Assembly (NCBI GenBank): GCA_001784115.1
Contig: MFPD01000011.1
Location: 28,869 to 92,868, forward strand
DNA from: Candidatus Levybacteria bacterium RIFCSPLOWO2_02_FULL_37_18
GTDB taxonomy: Bacteria > Patescibacteriota > Microgenomatia > Levybacterales > UBA12049
DNA length: 64,000 bases
Direction of reading: 5' to 3'
Of the stretch, positions 17,607-27,221 are shown in pieces. The position numbers and the translations under genes are program-made. The notes beneath the pieces were generated by a model that did not search any database, had not been told where the DNA came from, and saw only the letters and a list, made by a program, of their open reading frames with translations. Each line of letters begins with the position of its first letter. The first letter of the stretch is position 1.

Positions 17607-18239
17607 TTACTTTACCTCCACGTGTCTCTCGATTTTTGTTTCTTTGCCGAATCGATTTACAGCCCGAATTACGATTATTGACTTACCTAAGAATACGTCA
17701 ACTGTTTTTTTAAACATTCCCTTTTCTTCCAAAAATACAGCATTATTATTAATATACACTGTTACATTGGAATCTGTTTTGCCAATAATTTGCACAGATG
17801 AACCGTTAAGCACTACTCCTTCTTTTGGACTTGTTACTTCAAGCGGTGGAGCTAAAAATGCGTACCGATTTTGATAAAAAATATAAGTTACCAACAATAG
17901 TAACAATATAACAATAGTAACAATTGTCCGACTTAACCTTGTTCTATGAATAGAAAAATCCTGTCTTCCTACAAGACCTTCAGGTAAAACTCTATATATT
18001 TTTTCTTCATCAAATTCCCTTCTAAAAAGAGCCATGGTTTCTTTTTCCGGAAGTCCAAGATATTCAATATAATTACGAACAAATCCCTGGGCGTATGCTC
18101 GTGACGGAAGTTTGTTATATTCCCCTTTTTCTATTGCGGAAAGAAATTGAGGTTTAATTTTTATTGCCTTTGATACATCTTCCAAGGTTAAACCTTTTTT
18201 ACTGCGTGCGTCAAAAAGAATCTGACCAACATGAATCAT
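17607..18239 (-). CDS. rodZ: RodZ-like protein (XRE-type HTH + TM + periplasmic domain)
   Basis: HTH (GQILFDARSKKGLTLEDVSKAIKIKPQFLSAIEKGEY), single TM (IVTIVILLLLLVTYIF) and C-terminal beta-rich domain. Start likely at MIHVG (complement of 18237-18239). Confidence 0.6.
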   Translation of the reverse strand: MIHVGQILFDARSKKGLTLEDVSKAIKIKPQFLSAIEKGEYNKLPSRAYAQGFVRNYIEYLGLPEKETMALFRREFDEEKIYRVLPEGLVGRQDFSIHRTRLSRTIVTIVILLLLLVTYIFYQNRYAFLAPPLEVTSPKEGVVLNGSSVQIIGKTDSNVTVYINNNAVFLEEKGMFKKTVDVFLGKSIIVIRAVNRFGKETKIERHVEVK

Positions 18240-18357
18240 AAATTCAAAAATCAAAAGGCAAAATTTCAATTCAAAATGCAAAAGTAAAGATTGTTTAGAA
18301 CTGGATTTTGACTTTTTACTTTCACTTCTGAATTTTGACCTTTGACTTTTGACTTAA

Positions 18358-20505
18358 TTATTGTTCTTGTCCGTGCAAGCTATTGAGGAACTCCTGTGCA
18401 TTTTGGACAAGTACGTCTCTTGGCTTGGCCCCTTCTCCAGGGCCGACAATTCCAATTTCTTCTAACTGATCAAGTATCCGAGCAGCCCGAGAATACCCGA
18501 CAGATAATCTTCTTTGTAAAAGCGAAGCCGACGCTCTATCGTGTTGGCATACTGTCCGAATTGCTTCTTCAAATAACGGATCTCTTCCGTCAGGTGAACC
18601 TCCACCTGTGTGTCCGTTGCCTTTTTTAAGAGGCAATTGTTGCGCTGTAACTTCTTCTGTATATTCAACCGGAATTCCTTTTGATTTTAAGAAATCAACT
18701 AATTTTTTAACTTCTTTTTCCGAAACATACGTACCTTGAATACGCGTTGGTTTGGCTTGATCTGGAGGGACATATAACATATCTCCTCTTCCTAATAATT
18801 TCTCAGCCCCAGGGCCGTCGATTATTACCCTGGAATCAATCATCGAGGAAACGTTAAATGCGATTCTGCAAGGTATATTTGCTTTAATAAGTCCTGTGAT
18901 AATATTAACAGACGGCCTTTGGGTTGCAATTACCAAATGAATTCCGGTTGCCCTGGCCATTTGAGCAAGACGGGCAATAGAATCTTCAACATCAACTGGA
19001 GCAAACATCATAAGATCCGCAAGTTCATCAATGACAATCACAATATAGGGAAGTGCCTGAAATCCGGATAATTCATTGTATCCGTCGATGTTTTTTACTC
19101 CTCTTTCTGCAAATAATTTATACCTTCTGTCCATTTCGCCCATCGCCCATTTTAATGCAGATAAGATTTTTTCCGGTTCTACAATTACCGGAGTAAGTAA
19201 ATGCGGAATACCATTGTATGCTGTAAACTCAACTCGCTTTGGATCAACAAGAATTAACTTTAACTCAGCAGGAGACGCACGAAATAAAAGCGTGCAGATA
19301 AAAGAATTAATTAAAACTGATTTTCCAGATCCTGTGGTACCGGCAACTAACACATGAGGCATTTTGGCAATGTCCGCAACAACTGAATTTCCCGACACGT
19401 CAAGACCTAATGCAGCCGTTAATTTTGATTTACTCCTCTGCATGGAAGAAGAAACAAGAATTGTCTTTAATGTGACAATTTCAAGCGATTTATTCGGAAT
19501 TTCTATACCAACTAAATTTCTTCCGGGAATCGGCGCTTCGATTCTGATTTGTCCGGTTGGAGCTTCCGTTGCCAAAGCCAAATCGTTTGATAATGCAGTA
19601 ATTTTAGAAACCTTTGTGCCCAAAGCAATTTCCAAAGCATACTGGGTAACAGCAGGACCTAGGTTTACTTCAGAAACCCGGGCGTCAACGCCAAAGCTCT
19701 GTAGAGTTTTCTCTATAACTGCAGCGACTTTTTTAATATCTCCCCTGTCTGCTTTTTGATTTGAAGCATCAGACAAAAGAGATAAAGCCGGATATTCCCA
19801 AATTCCTCCACTTGTTAATTCTCCAACAGTATTGGTTACTAATTTTTCGGACAAAAGCTCTGGTTCTTTTTTTACGTGCTGAATTTTTATATTGGCAGCC
19901 GGAATCACAGCTACATCTTTTATCCCTCCTCCTTTTATTGCGATTGGTTTATTTCTGACAATAAGTTGTTTTTTTGTTTTGAAAAGTGAGTTAATAAGAT
20001 TTTTTGGATAGAATCGTAAAATATTTTTAATTGTAAAAGAAACACCTTGCGTTAACTCATCTAGTGTTGTATCAAACAATACCACTAATCCCACAAATAC
20101 TCCTATCAAAAACACAAGCATGCTCCCTAATTTGGTAATCATTTCCGCAAATGTTCTAAATAACATTTCGCCGACTCTTCCACCCTGTGTAAGACCAACA
20201 AGAGAAGTAAAAAACAAGACAAACCCAAGCGCTACATTAGGTTTTGAAATAAATAGTTTTAGTCGTAAAAATAAAAAACCAAACAGAATTATTACAAAGG
20301 GAAATAATATTGCGGAAAACCCAAACATTTCTTGGAGTTTTGTATTTAATGTCGTAAACGAACCGCCGCTTTCTCCAGGTGGAGTAAAAAATGTAAGAAG
20401 AAGTAAACCACCTGCTAAGATAAACCCTAAAGCAAAAAGAGTATAAATTGTCTCTTTTCGAAGTTTTAATTTTGGACCTCTCCGCCTATATCTTCTCTTG
20501 GGCAT
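18358..20505 (-). CDS. ftsK: DNA translocase FtsK/SpoIIIE
   Basis: N-terminal TM helices, then motor domain with Walker A (VAGTTGSGKSVLINS) and Walker B (IVIVIDELADLMM). Confidence 0.9.
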   Translation of the reverse strand: MPKRRYRRRGPKLKLRKETIYTLFALGFILAGGLLLLTFFTPPGESGGSFTTLNTKLQEMFGFSAILFPFVIILFGFLFLRLKLFISKPNVALGFVLFFTSLVGLTQGGRVGEMLFRTFAEMITKLGSMLVFLIGVFVGLVVLFDTTLDELTQGVSFTIKNILRFYPKNLINSLFKTKKQLIVRNKPIAIKGGGIKDVAVIPAANIKIQHVKKEPELLSEKLVTNTVGELTSGGIWEYPALSLLSDASNQKADRGDIKKVAAVIEKTLQSFGVDARVSEVNLGPAVTQYALEIALGTKVSKITALSNDLALATEAPTGQIRIEAPIPGRNLVGIEIPNKSLEIVTLKTILVSSSMQRSKSKLTAALGLDVSGNSVVADIAKMPHVLVAGTTGSGKSVLINSFICTLLFRASPAELKLILVDPKRVEFTAYNGIPHLLTPVIVEPEKILSALKWAMGEMDRRYKLFAERGVKNIDGYNELSGFQALPYIVIVIDELADLMMFAPVDVEDSIARLAQMARATGIHLVIATQRPSVNIITGLIKANIPCRIAFNVSSMIDSRVIIDGPGAEKLLGRGDMLYVPPDQAKPTRIQGTYVSEKEVKKLVDFLKSKGIPVEYTEEVTAQQLPLKKGNGHTGGGSPDGRDPLFEEAIRTVCQHDRASASLLQRRLSVGYSRAARILDQLEEIGIVGPGEGAKPRDVLVQNAQEFLNSLHGQEQ

Positions 20506-20547
20506 ATATTCTATTATATAAGTAAAATTTCCTAATCACAAGCGTAT

Positions 20548-22245
20548 CTAAACTTCAATCACAACCGGAAGCACAAGGGGGCGTTTGCGGAGTTTTCTCA
20601 AAATAAACCGTTCGCAGACTTCTCCGACAAACTTTCTCATATATGTCCAATTACTTACTAAGCCATTTTTTTTCTTTAATGATTTACATAATTCCCTCTC
20701 TACTCCTGCTGTTAACCTTTCTATGTTAACCGCAAATCCGCGGGTAATAATATCAGGTTTACCAACAAGCTGACCATTCGATGAATCAATTTCTACCATG
20801 ATAATTACAATCCCTGATTCCGATAATTTTTGCCTGTCTCGTAAAACAAAACTTTCTAATTCCTCTCCTGTTATTTCATCCACAAACACGTTTCTGACAG
20901 GAATTTTTCTGCCTAATCTTCCCCCGTTTTGATTAAATACAACCTCCTGCCCGTCTTCGACTAAAAAAATAGTTCCCTCTGTGTAGCCGTTTTCTTTTGC
21001 TAATTGTTTGTATAAAGCCATGTGCCTAAAATTCCCGCCAATGGGCAATAGTGTTTTTGGCTTTGTCAGCTGAATAAGTTTTACTAATTCATCCCATGAC
21101 CCGTGTCCTGAAACGTGTAATCCAACGTGGATTTTTGGATACAAAACCCTGATTCCTTTTTTAGAAATCTCGTCAATCATAGAATTTACCAAGACTTCAT
21201 TCCCAGGAATCGTATCCGAAGAAAAGATGATAGTGTCCTGGGAGGTTAATTTAATTTCTTTATGTTCTCCATTTACAATTCGTGCCATGGAAGAATTCTC
21301 TTGTCCTTGGCTTCCTGCAACGAGGAGGACAATCGAACTATCAGAGCAGCGTTCTAATTCATCAATTTGAATTTCTGTGTTTCCATCAAGCTTTATGTAA
21401 CCCATTTTTATGGCAATCTCTTTTGCTTTTATTAAAGATCTGCCAATAAAACAAACTTTTTTACCTAGTGTTTCCGAAGCTTGTATAATTTGATTAAGAC
21501 GGGCGATATGAGAAGAATATGTTGTCACCAAACATTTTCCCTTGCTTTCCTGTATCGCTTTATAGAGCGAGTCATATAACGGAGTTTCCGACCCTGAGTT
21601 TCCTTTTTTTTCTGTCCCCAAACAATCAGATAATAAACAAAGCACTCCTTCATTTCCGGCTTGGGTAATTTTTTGATAATCACTCACTTTTTTATCCCAC
21701 GGCATATCATCAAATTTAAAATCACTGCCGTGATAAAAATTACCAATTGGAGTTTTAATAAACATATGCGAAGTGTCTGGAACCGAATGGGTAACATGAA
21801 TAAACGAAACAGAAAAATCTCCCAGTATTTTTTGATTACTCGTGAATGGAATAGATTGCACTCTATGATCAAGTCCGAATTCTTTTAATTTTTCATTGCA
21901 AAAAGAAGCGGTAAGCGGTGTGGCAAAAATAGGGAAATTTGGCAATTGCGGAAGAATAAATGGTAGTGCACCCAAATGATCCTCGTGTCCATGAGAAATA
22001 CACATACCTACAATTTTTTTTCCTGATTGAATTGCATTGAGAATATAGGTGATATCTGGAACGAGTAAATCAACACCAAACATTGTTTCATCCGGAAACC
22101 CAAGTCCGCAGTCAACAATAAGTATTTGATTATTATATTCATATATATACATGTTGCGGGTAACGTTTCCGGGACCACCGAGGGGAATAAGGGAAAGAGT
22201 ATCCATATTAATTCCTAATTTCAAATTTCCAATTAATAATTTCAA
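20548..22245 (-). CDS. rnj: Ribonuclease J (metallo-beta-lactamase/beta-CASP)
   Basis: IPLGGPGNVTRNMYIYEY..., HGHEDHLGALP motif, beta-CASP and C-terminal domain. True start may be the internal Met (MDTLSLIPLGG, ~22206). Confidence 0.88.
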   Translation of the reverse strand: MKLLIGNLKLGINMDTLSLIPLGGPGNVTRNMYIYEYNNQILIVDCGLGFPDETMFGVDLLVPDITYILNAIQSGKKIVGMCISHGHEDHLGALPFILPQLPNFPIFATPLTASFCNEKLKEFGLDHRVQSIPFTSNQKILGDFSVSFIHVTHSVPDTSHMFIKTPIGNFYHGSDFKFDDMPWDKKVSDYQKITQAGNEGVLCLLSDCLGTEKKGNSGSETPLYDSLYKAIQESKGKCLVTTYSSHIARLNQIIQASETLGKKVCFIGRSLIKAKEIAIKMGYIKLDGNTEIQIDELERCSDSSIVLLVAGSQGQENSSMARIVNGEHKEIKLTSQDTIIFSSDTIPGNEVLVNSMIDEISKKGIRVLYPKIHVGLHVSGHGSWDELVKLIQLTKPKTLLPIGGNFRHMALYKQLAKENGYTEGTIFLVEDGQEVVFNQNGGRLGRKIPVRNVFVDEITGEELESFVLRDRQKLSESGIVIIMVEIDSSNGQLVGKPDIITRGFAVNIERLTAGVERELCKSLKKKNGLVSNWTYMRKFVGEVCERFILRKLRKRPLVLPVVIEV

Positions 22246-22282
22246 ATAAGGTTCCTTATTTATTTGAAATTCTCTGTATATT

Positions 22283-23398
22283 CTACCACGTCAGGAGAAA
22301 TTCTTTAATATTTTGTGAATTTATGTGTACTGTTTGAGCTTTTCCCTCAACTATAATCCGCGCTGCTTTTCTTAACATCCCTTCTATTGTCCTATACAAA
22401 CTTCTAATTCCAGAATCATACCCTAAAGGTCTTATAACTGTTGGCCATAAGTTATCATCAATAAAAATTTTATTTTCTGTTAATCCTGTTTGGGCTCTAA
22501 TCCGAGGAAAAAAAAAGCTCTTGGCAATCACAATTTTTTCTTGATCTGTATACGAAGGCATTTGAATAATCTCAAGTCTATCCAAAACTGCAGCAGAAAT
22601 ATTTGTGGTGTTATTTGCAGTAGCGATAAATAGTACTTCTGACAAATCAAATGGATAATCAATATAATGATCGGTAAATGCTTTATTTTGCTCAGGATCC
22701 AAAAGCTCTACTAAAACTCCCATAATATCGGACATTCCGTGTTCTGATACCCTGTCCAATTCGTCAAGTAAAATAACACAATTTTTACTTCCGGCGCGAA
22801 CTAATTTTTTAATAATGTATCCTGGTTCTGCATCGGGCATTGCCTTGGATTGACCCCGTAAAGCCCTTGCATCTCCCATTCCTCCAAAAGGAATTCTTTC
22901 AAATTTTTTTCCTAAACTTTCTGCAATAGAATAAACCAATGTTGTTTTTCCGGTTCCGGCAAGTCCAACAAGACATAAAATAGGCGCTTTTGAAGGAATC
23001 AATTGTTTTTCTTGATTTTCTTTTAAAATTAAAACTGATAAATAATTTAGAATATATTCTTTTACACCGGAAAGCCCATAATGATTTTTATCCATTACAG
23101 ATTTTGCTGTCGTTAGATTTAATATATCCTGAGTTTTTTTATTCCAGGGAAGACTCACTACCCAATTAATGTAGGCAACCGAGCTTTCATATTCTGTAAT
23201 ATATGTTGAGCTTAAATACCCGGAAGATGCTCGTAAAAGAGCAAGACGCGAAACCCGCTCCGTAAGTAAATCTTTTAAGTCAGCAGGGATATCTGCTTTT
23301 TCTATTTTCTCTCCGAGTTTTCTTACTTGATCCGAAGCATCAGTAGGTTTCTGAATTACTGGCTGAACTGGTTGATCAGTTGGGACAGAAAGATCCAT
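22283..23398 (-). CDS. Lon-like AAA+ ATPase module without LAN N-domain or protease domain
   Basis: Collinear with the Lon ATPase region: HYGLSGVKEYILNYL / PILCLVGLAGTGKTTLVYSIAESLGKKFERIPFGGMGDARALRGQS / CVILLDELDRVS / LLDPEQNKAFTDHYIDYPFDLSEVLFIATANN / LDRLEIIQMPSYT. The protein ends ~80 aa after the AAA domain with no Ser-Lys protease domain. Confidence 0.7.
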   Translation of the reverse strand: MDLSVPTDQPVQPVIQKPTDASDQVRKLGEKIEKADIPADLKDLLTERVSRLALLRASSGYLSSTYITEYESSVAYINWVVSLPWNKKTQDILNLTTAKSVMDKNHYGLSGVKEYILNYLSVLILKENQEKQLIPSKAPILCLVGLAGTGKTTLVYSIAESLGKKFERIPFGGMGDARALRGQSKAMPDAEPGYIIKKLVRAGSKNCVILLDELDRVSEHGMSDIMGVLVELLDPEQNKAFTDHYIDYPFDLSEVLFIATANNTTNISAAVLDRLEIIQMPSYTDQEKIVIAKSFFFPRIRAQTGLTENKIFIDDNLWPTVIRPLGYDSGIRSLYRTIEGMLRKAARIIVEGKAQTVHINSQNIKEFLLTW

Positions 23399-23534
23399 AC
23401 CTATAGAATACTACAAATACTACCAATAAACAAAATAATTCAGAATCTAGAATTCATAATTCAGAATAAAATTAAGAATGTAGAATTATAAATTCTAGAT
23501 TCAATTCTGAATTCTAAGCTCTGAACTCTAAATT
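23399..23534. repeat. EcoRI/XbaI-like simple-repeat spacer (AATTCAGAAT / TCTAGAATTC units)
   Basis: aattcagaatctagaattcataattcagaataaaattaagaatgtagaattataaattctagattcaattctgaattctaagctctgaactctaaattc. Similar arrays at 18282-18357, 22246-22282, 34255-34304 (ttctgaa x4), 36228-36330, 36835-36873, 37630-37700, 49076-49172. Confidence 0.6.
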
Positions 23535-25886
23535 CTAATAGTGGGTTTTTCGAAAGCGTGGACGAGGAGAGGTAGATCGAAGGTTATTTCTCTCCGACCT
23601 TTCTCTTTGAAATTGCCTTGACAGCGGATGAGGCGAACGCCTCTCAGGTCTTTCATCTCGTCTTTCTGGTCTTCTTCCCGAAGTCTGTCCTCGCCTGTCA
23701 AGTCTTCGACCCCCAGGTTCAGACCCGAAGGTCCCGCGACCTCGGCTTTCGGCCTCCGGCCCAAACAACATTGACAAGTTTATCCTTCCTTGCTCATCAA
23801 TTTCTGCGACTCTGACTTTTACTGTTTGTCCAATTGACACTACATCCGATGGGTCTTTGACAAAATTTGTTGACATTTGAGACACATGGACCATTCCTTC
23901 TTTTCCAGGAAGAATTTCAACAAAGGCTCCAAAAGGAAGCATGCGCCTTACAACTCCTTCAAACTCCTCTCCAACAACTATTTCCCGGGTCAAATTCCTC
24001 ACCCAATCTGTTGCCTTTCTAACAGCTTCCTCAGAAGTCCCCGAAACCGTAACTGACCCGTCATCCTCAACATCAACCGTTGCCGAAGTTTCGGCAATAA
24101 TATTTCGAATAACTCGCCCGCCCGGCCCAATTACCTCACCGATTTTTTCAATCGGTATCTTAACAACTTCTATTTTGGGAGCAAATTCAGAAACTGCTGC
24201 TCGTGAAGCAGTAATAACTAACTTCATTTTTTCTAAAATAGAAAGCCTCCCCGCTTTTGCTCTTTGTAGTGTTTCCTTAATCTGATCAATGGTTAAACCC
24301 AGAATCTTTACGTCAAGTTGAACTGCCGTAATACCGCTGTCTGTACCACTAACTTTAAAATCCATATCACCGGAAAAATCTTCCAGCCCAATTATGTCGG
24401 AAAGAATGACATATTCATCTTTACCTGAATCTGCTAAACGGCTCATCATTCCCATAGCAATCCCTGCAACTGGTTTTTTGATCGGAACTCCGGCATCCAT
24501 TAAAGCCAGTGTTGATCCGCAGGTTGCTGCCATACTCGTGGAACCATTAGACGATAATATTTCAGAAACAACCCTAATGGTATAAGGAAATTTTTCTTGA
24601 CTTGGAATAACAGCTTCAAGTGCCCGTTCTGCCAAAGCTCCATGCCCAATTTCCCTTCTTGAAGGAGTACCCATTCTCCCTGTTTCCCCTACAGAATAAG
24701 GAGGCATGGAATAATGATGAATGTATCGCTTGGATTCTTCTCCTTCTGCGGATTCGATTAACTGCTCGAGTCTTGGAGATCCAAGAGTTACAACTGTCAA
24801 AGATTGAGTGTTTCCTCTTTGGAACAAGGCAGATCCGTGAGTTCTCGGCAAAAGTCCAACTTCTACGGTTATAGGACGAATCTCATCGATTTTTCTTCCA
24901 TCTACTCTTTGAGACTTGGTTAAAACAGCCTCTCTAATTCCTTCAAATAGAATCATTTCAACTGCTTTTGCTATAGTTTTTTTATCTACTGGGCTTTCCG
25001 GATTTGCTAATCCTGAGCTTGCCGAATGGACTTCTTCAAAAATTTTACTAAGTAGATCTTCTGATTCTGAGGAATCAGCTTCTTTTGTCGCTCTGGATTT
25101 TCCCAGTTCTATAATCTCTGATTTATATGATTTTTCAATCCGGGCAACAAGCTCATGTAAGACGCTACTTTCTGCTGCAACTTCTTTCTTTTGTCCAATT
25201 TCTTTCGCTAATTTCTTTATTGCCTCAATAATTTTTATATTTTCTTCGTAAGCTTTCTGAATTGCTTCAACAACAACGTCCTCGGAAACTTGTCTTGCAT
25301 CAGCTTCAAGCATGAGGGTTTTTTCTTTTGTTTGAGTCACTACCAAGTTAAGATCGGAAAGGGCTATTTCTGCGATATGAGGATTTATAATAAAATCATA
25401 CTTCCCATTTCCTTGTTCTTTTATAAGACCGATTCTAACGGCACCAACAGGACCTTTCCATGGAATTTTTGACAAAGACAATGCTGCCGAAACCGCAACA
25501 ATTGACAATACATCCGGTTCATTCTCTCCATCAACTGATAAAACAGTAACTACGACTTGGATTTCTTTTTTGTATTCTTTAGGAAATAAGGGTCGAATTG
25601 ACCTGTCTATTAAACGTGCTGTTAAAATTGCCTCGTCTGAAGGTCTGCCTTCCCGTTTTACCCACCTACTCCCTTTAATTCTTCCGCCTGCGTACAACCT
25701 TTCTACGTACTCAACTGTCAAAGGAAAATACCCTAATTCTGTTTCCTTTCCTTCCACAACAGTCACCAGTACCATTGTGTCTCCCAAACGAGCAAGTACG
25801 GAGGTTGTTGCTTGCCCAGCAAGCTGTCCTGTCTGTAGAATTATGGTTTTTCCGTTAATATCTAAGTTTACTGAGGTCTTTTGCAT
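23535..25886 (-). CDS. pnp: Polynucleotide phosphorylase with Arg/Gly-rich C-terminal tail
   Basis: Two RNase PH domains, KH and S1 domains (GEEFEGVVRRMLPFGAFVEI), followed by an ~80-aa R/G/E-rich extension encoded by a locally GC-rich stretch (23535-23770). Confidence 0.93.
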   Translation of the reverse strand: MQKTSVNLDINGKTIILQTGQLAGQATTSVLARLGDTMVLVTVVEGKETELGYFPLTVEYVERLYAGGRIKGSRWVKREGRPSDEAILTARLIDRSIRPLFPKEYKKEIQVVVTVLSVDGENEPDVLSIVAVSAALSLSKIPWKGPVGAVRIGLIKEQGNGKYDFIINPHIAEIALSDLNLVVTQTKEKTLMLEADARQVSEDVVVEAIQKAYEENIKIIEAIKKLAKEIGQKKEVAAESSVLHELVARIEKSYKSEIIELGKSRATKEADSSESEDLLSKIFEEVHSASSGLANPESPVDKKTIAKAVEMILFEGIREAVLTKSQRVDGRKIDEIRPITVEVGLLPRTHGSALFQRGNTQSLTVVTLGSPRLEQLIESAEGEESKRYIHHYSMPPYSVGETGRMGTPSRREIGHGALAERALEAVIPSQEKFPYTIRVVSEILSSNGSTSMAATCGSTLALMDAGVPIKKPVAGIAMGMMSRLADSGKDEYVILSDIIGLEDFSGDMDFKVSGTDSGITAVQLDVKILGLTIDQIKETLQRAKAGRLSILEKMKLVITASRAAVSEFAPKIEVVKIPIEKIGEVIGPGGRVIRNIIAETSATVDVEDDGSVTVSGTSEEAVRKATDWVRNLTREIVVGEEFEGVVRRMLPFGAFVEILPGKEGMVHVSQMSTNFVKDPSDVVSIGQTVKVRVAEIDEQGRINLSMLFGPEAESRGRGTFGSEPGGRRLDRRGQTSGRRPERRDERPERRSPHPLSRQFQRERSERNNLRSTSPRPRFRKTHY

Positions 25887-25960
25887 GTATTCTTTTTTCT
25901 TTCTTTAACGTAGCCTTAAGAAGCATCTCTCTTAGGTCACTTTTCTCATTATATCACACG

Positions 25961-26230
25961 TTAATCTTTTAGTCCAATCTTCTTAGCAATTGCTGCGGCT
26001 CGTTTTTTTTCAACTTTTCCCAAAAAATTTAAAAGTCTTCTGCGTTTGGCAATCATGGATAAAAGCCCACGCCTGCTATGTATGTCATGAGTATGATTTT
26101 TTAAATGCTCTGTTAATCTTTCAATTCTCCTTGTTAAAAGCGCAATTTGGACTTCCGGACTCCCTGTATCTCCACTAACCGTCTGAAATTCTTTAATAAT
26201 TTCTTGTTTAAGTGTCGAAGATAACGACAT
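25961..26230 (-). CDS. rpsO: 30S ribosomal protein S15
   Basis: MSLSSTLKQEIIKEF...DTGSPEVQIALLTRRI..L..HLK.H..D.HSRRGLL.M...RR.LL.YL matches S15 nearly residue-for-residue. Confidence 0.95.
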   Translation of the reverse strand: MSLSSTLKQEIIKEFQTVSGDTGSPEVQIALLTRRIERLTEHLKNHTHDIHSRRGLLSMIAKRRRLLNFLGKVEKKRAAAIAKKIGLKD

Positions 26231-26299
26231 ATAGGGATGTATTATAGCAGGAACAAAAGCTTACTACAAGCATTGAAAGTATCAAAAAGATACAAAACT

Positions 26300-27217
26300 T
26301 TATACTATGGTTGATCCTTTATAGATTTTAGGAGCAAGCCAATCTGGCGGAGCCTCCTTTTTCTTTTCCTGTTCTATCTCTTCTATGCTACTGGCTGGAA
26401 GTTTCTGTTGAGTTTGTTTATTCGGTTGAGCAGAAGGTCTGGGTCCAAAAAACGGATCATACGTTCCTCCAAAATCACCTTTTGGTAATACTTGTCTGAC
26501 AGCTCCTTTCTTCATAAGAAGTGCTGCCATTTCGAAGGCGACAGTGGAAGTTTTCGGATTGCCAAAATTATTTGTAGCGCTTGAAATTCCGGAGAGGAGA
26601 TTTTGAGCTTCGTCAATACCAAATTCTAAGGGTAAAGAAGACAAAAGTGTTGCAATCTGCTCAGAAACTGAAGAAAAATTAGGCGACACCAACACCACGT
26701 CGCCAAATCCTTGATTTTGAGTATTGTTGTCAATATTGACTACCGTTGTGTCTTTTAAGCTCTCCGTATCAAATAACTTACCTAAATCAGAAAGTCGTGG
26801 TGTACCGATAACAAATAAGATTTTTGCAGGAGATATACCTCGTTTATACCGTATTTCTTGCTCAGAAAAAGTAAGTCCGACTTCTCCAGCCTTAACAACT
26901 ATATTAAGGTATCCATCTTCAAGGGTATACGAAACTTTTTCTATTTCTCCTTCTTTATACGGAAAAGAAACAATCAGATCTCCCGTGCTACCGTTTAAAT
27001 CTGTTTTTACCCTATCAATTCCTACGAGTGTTGAAACTTCAACCAAGGGTGAAGTTGGAGAAGCAATGACAACCTGCTTTCCCATTTTTTCTAAAGATAA
27101 AGCTAAGGATAGAGCGGCAGCCATTGTGTCAAGTGTTGGATTTTGACCAACCGCAATAGCTATTTTGTCATTTTTGGACAGAAGATCACGAATTTTTGCA
27201 AACGTAGGGTTGTCCAT
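26300..27217 (-). CDS. DHH-phosphoesterase-family-like protein with degenerate catalytic motifs (at the rbfA/truB position of the nusA-infB-rpsO-pnp cluster)
   Basis: IAIAVGQNPTLDTMAAALSLALSLEKMGKQVVI resembles the NrnA-type motif (I.IxxHxNPDGDxxGSxLAL...GK.V), but His/Asp residues are replaced (Q, TLD). Confidence 0.4.
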   Translation of the reverse strand: MDNPTFAKIRDLLSKNDKIAIAVGQNPTLDTMAAALSLALSLEKMGKQVVIASPTSPLVEVSTLVGIDRVKTDLNGSTGDLIVSFPYKEGEIEKVSYTLEDGYLNIVVKAGEVGLTFSEQEIRYKRGISPAKILFVIGTPRLSDLGKLFDTESLKDTTVVNIDNNTQNQGFGDVVLVSPNFSSVSEQIATLLSSLPLEFGIDEAQNLLSGISSATNNFGNPKTSTVAFEMAALLMKKGAVRQVLPKGDFGGTYDPFFGPRPSAQPNKQTQQKLPASSIEEIEQEKKKEAPPDWLAPKIYKGSTIV

Positions 27218-27221
27218 ACTG

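Noticed and set aside
23399-23534. Possible CRISPR array suggested by short repeated units in intergenic spacers (also 34255-34304, 36228-36330, 49076-49172)
   Set aside because: Units are 6-13 nt, low-complexity, with no regular repeat-spacer periodicity of 25-40 nt and no cas genes nearby. They are simple-sequence/palindromic arrays, not CRISPRs.
23528-23764. 78-aa ORF overlapping the 3' end of pnp in another frame
   Set aside because: It lies entirely within the GC-rich R/G-rich tail-coding region of pnp on the same strand. It is an alternative-frame artefact.
26300-27217. Calling this gene rbfA or truB from its position between infB and rpsO
   Set aside because: The sequence has neither the RbfA KH-like signature nor TruB pseudouridine synthase motifs. 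It resembles DHH-family proteins instead, so positional inference was not used for naming.
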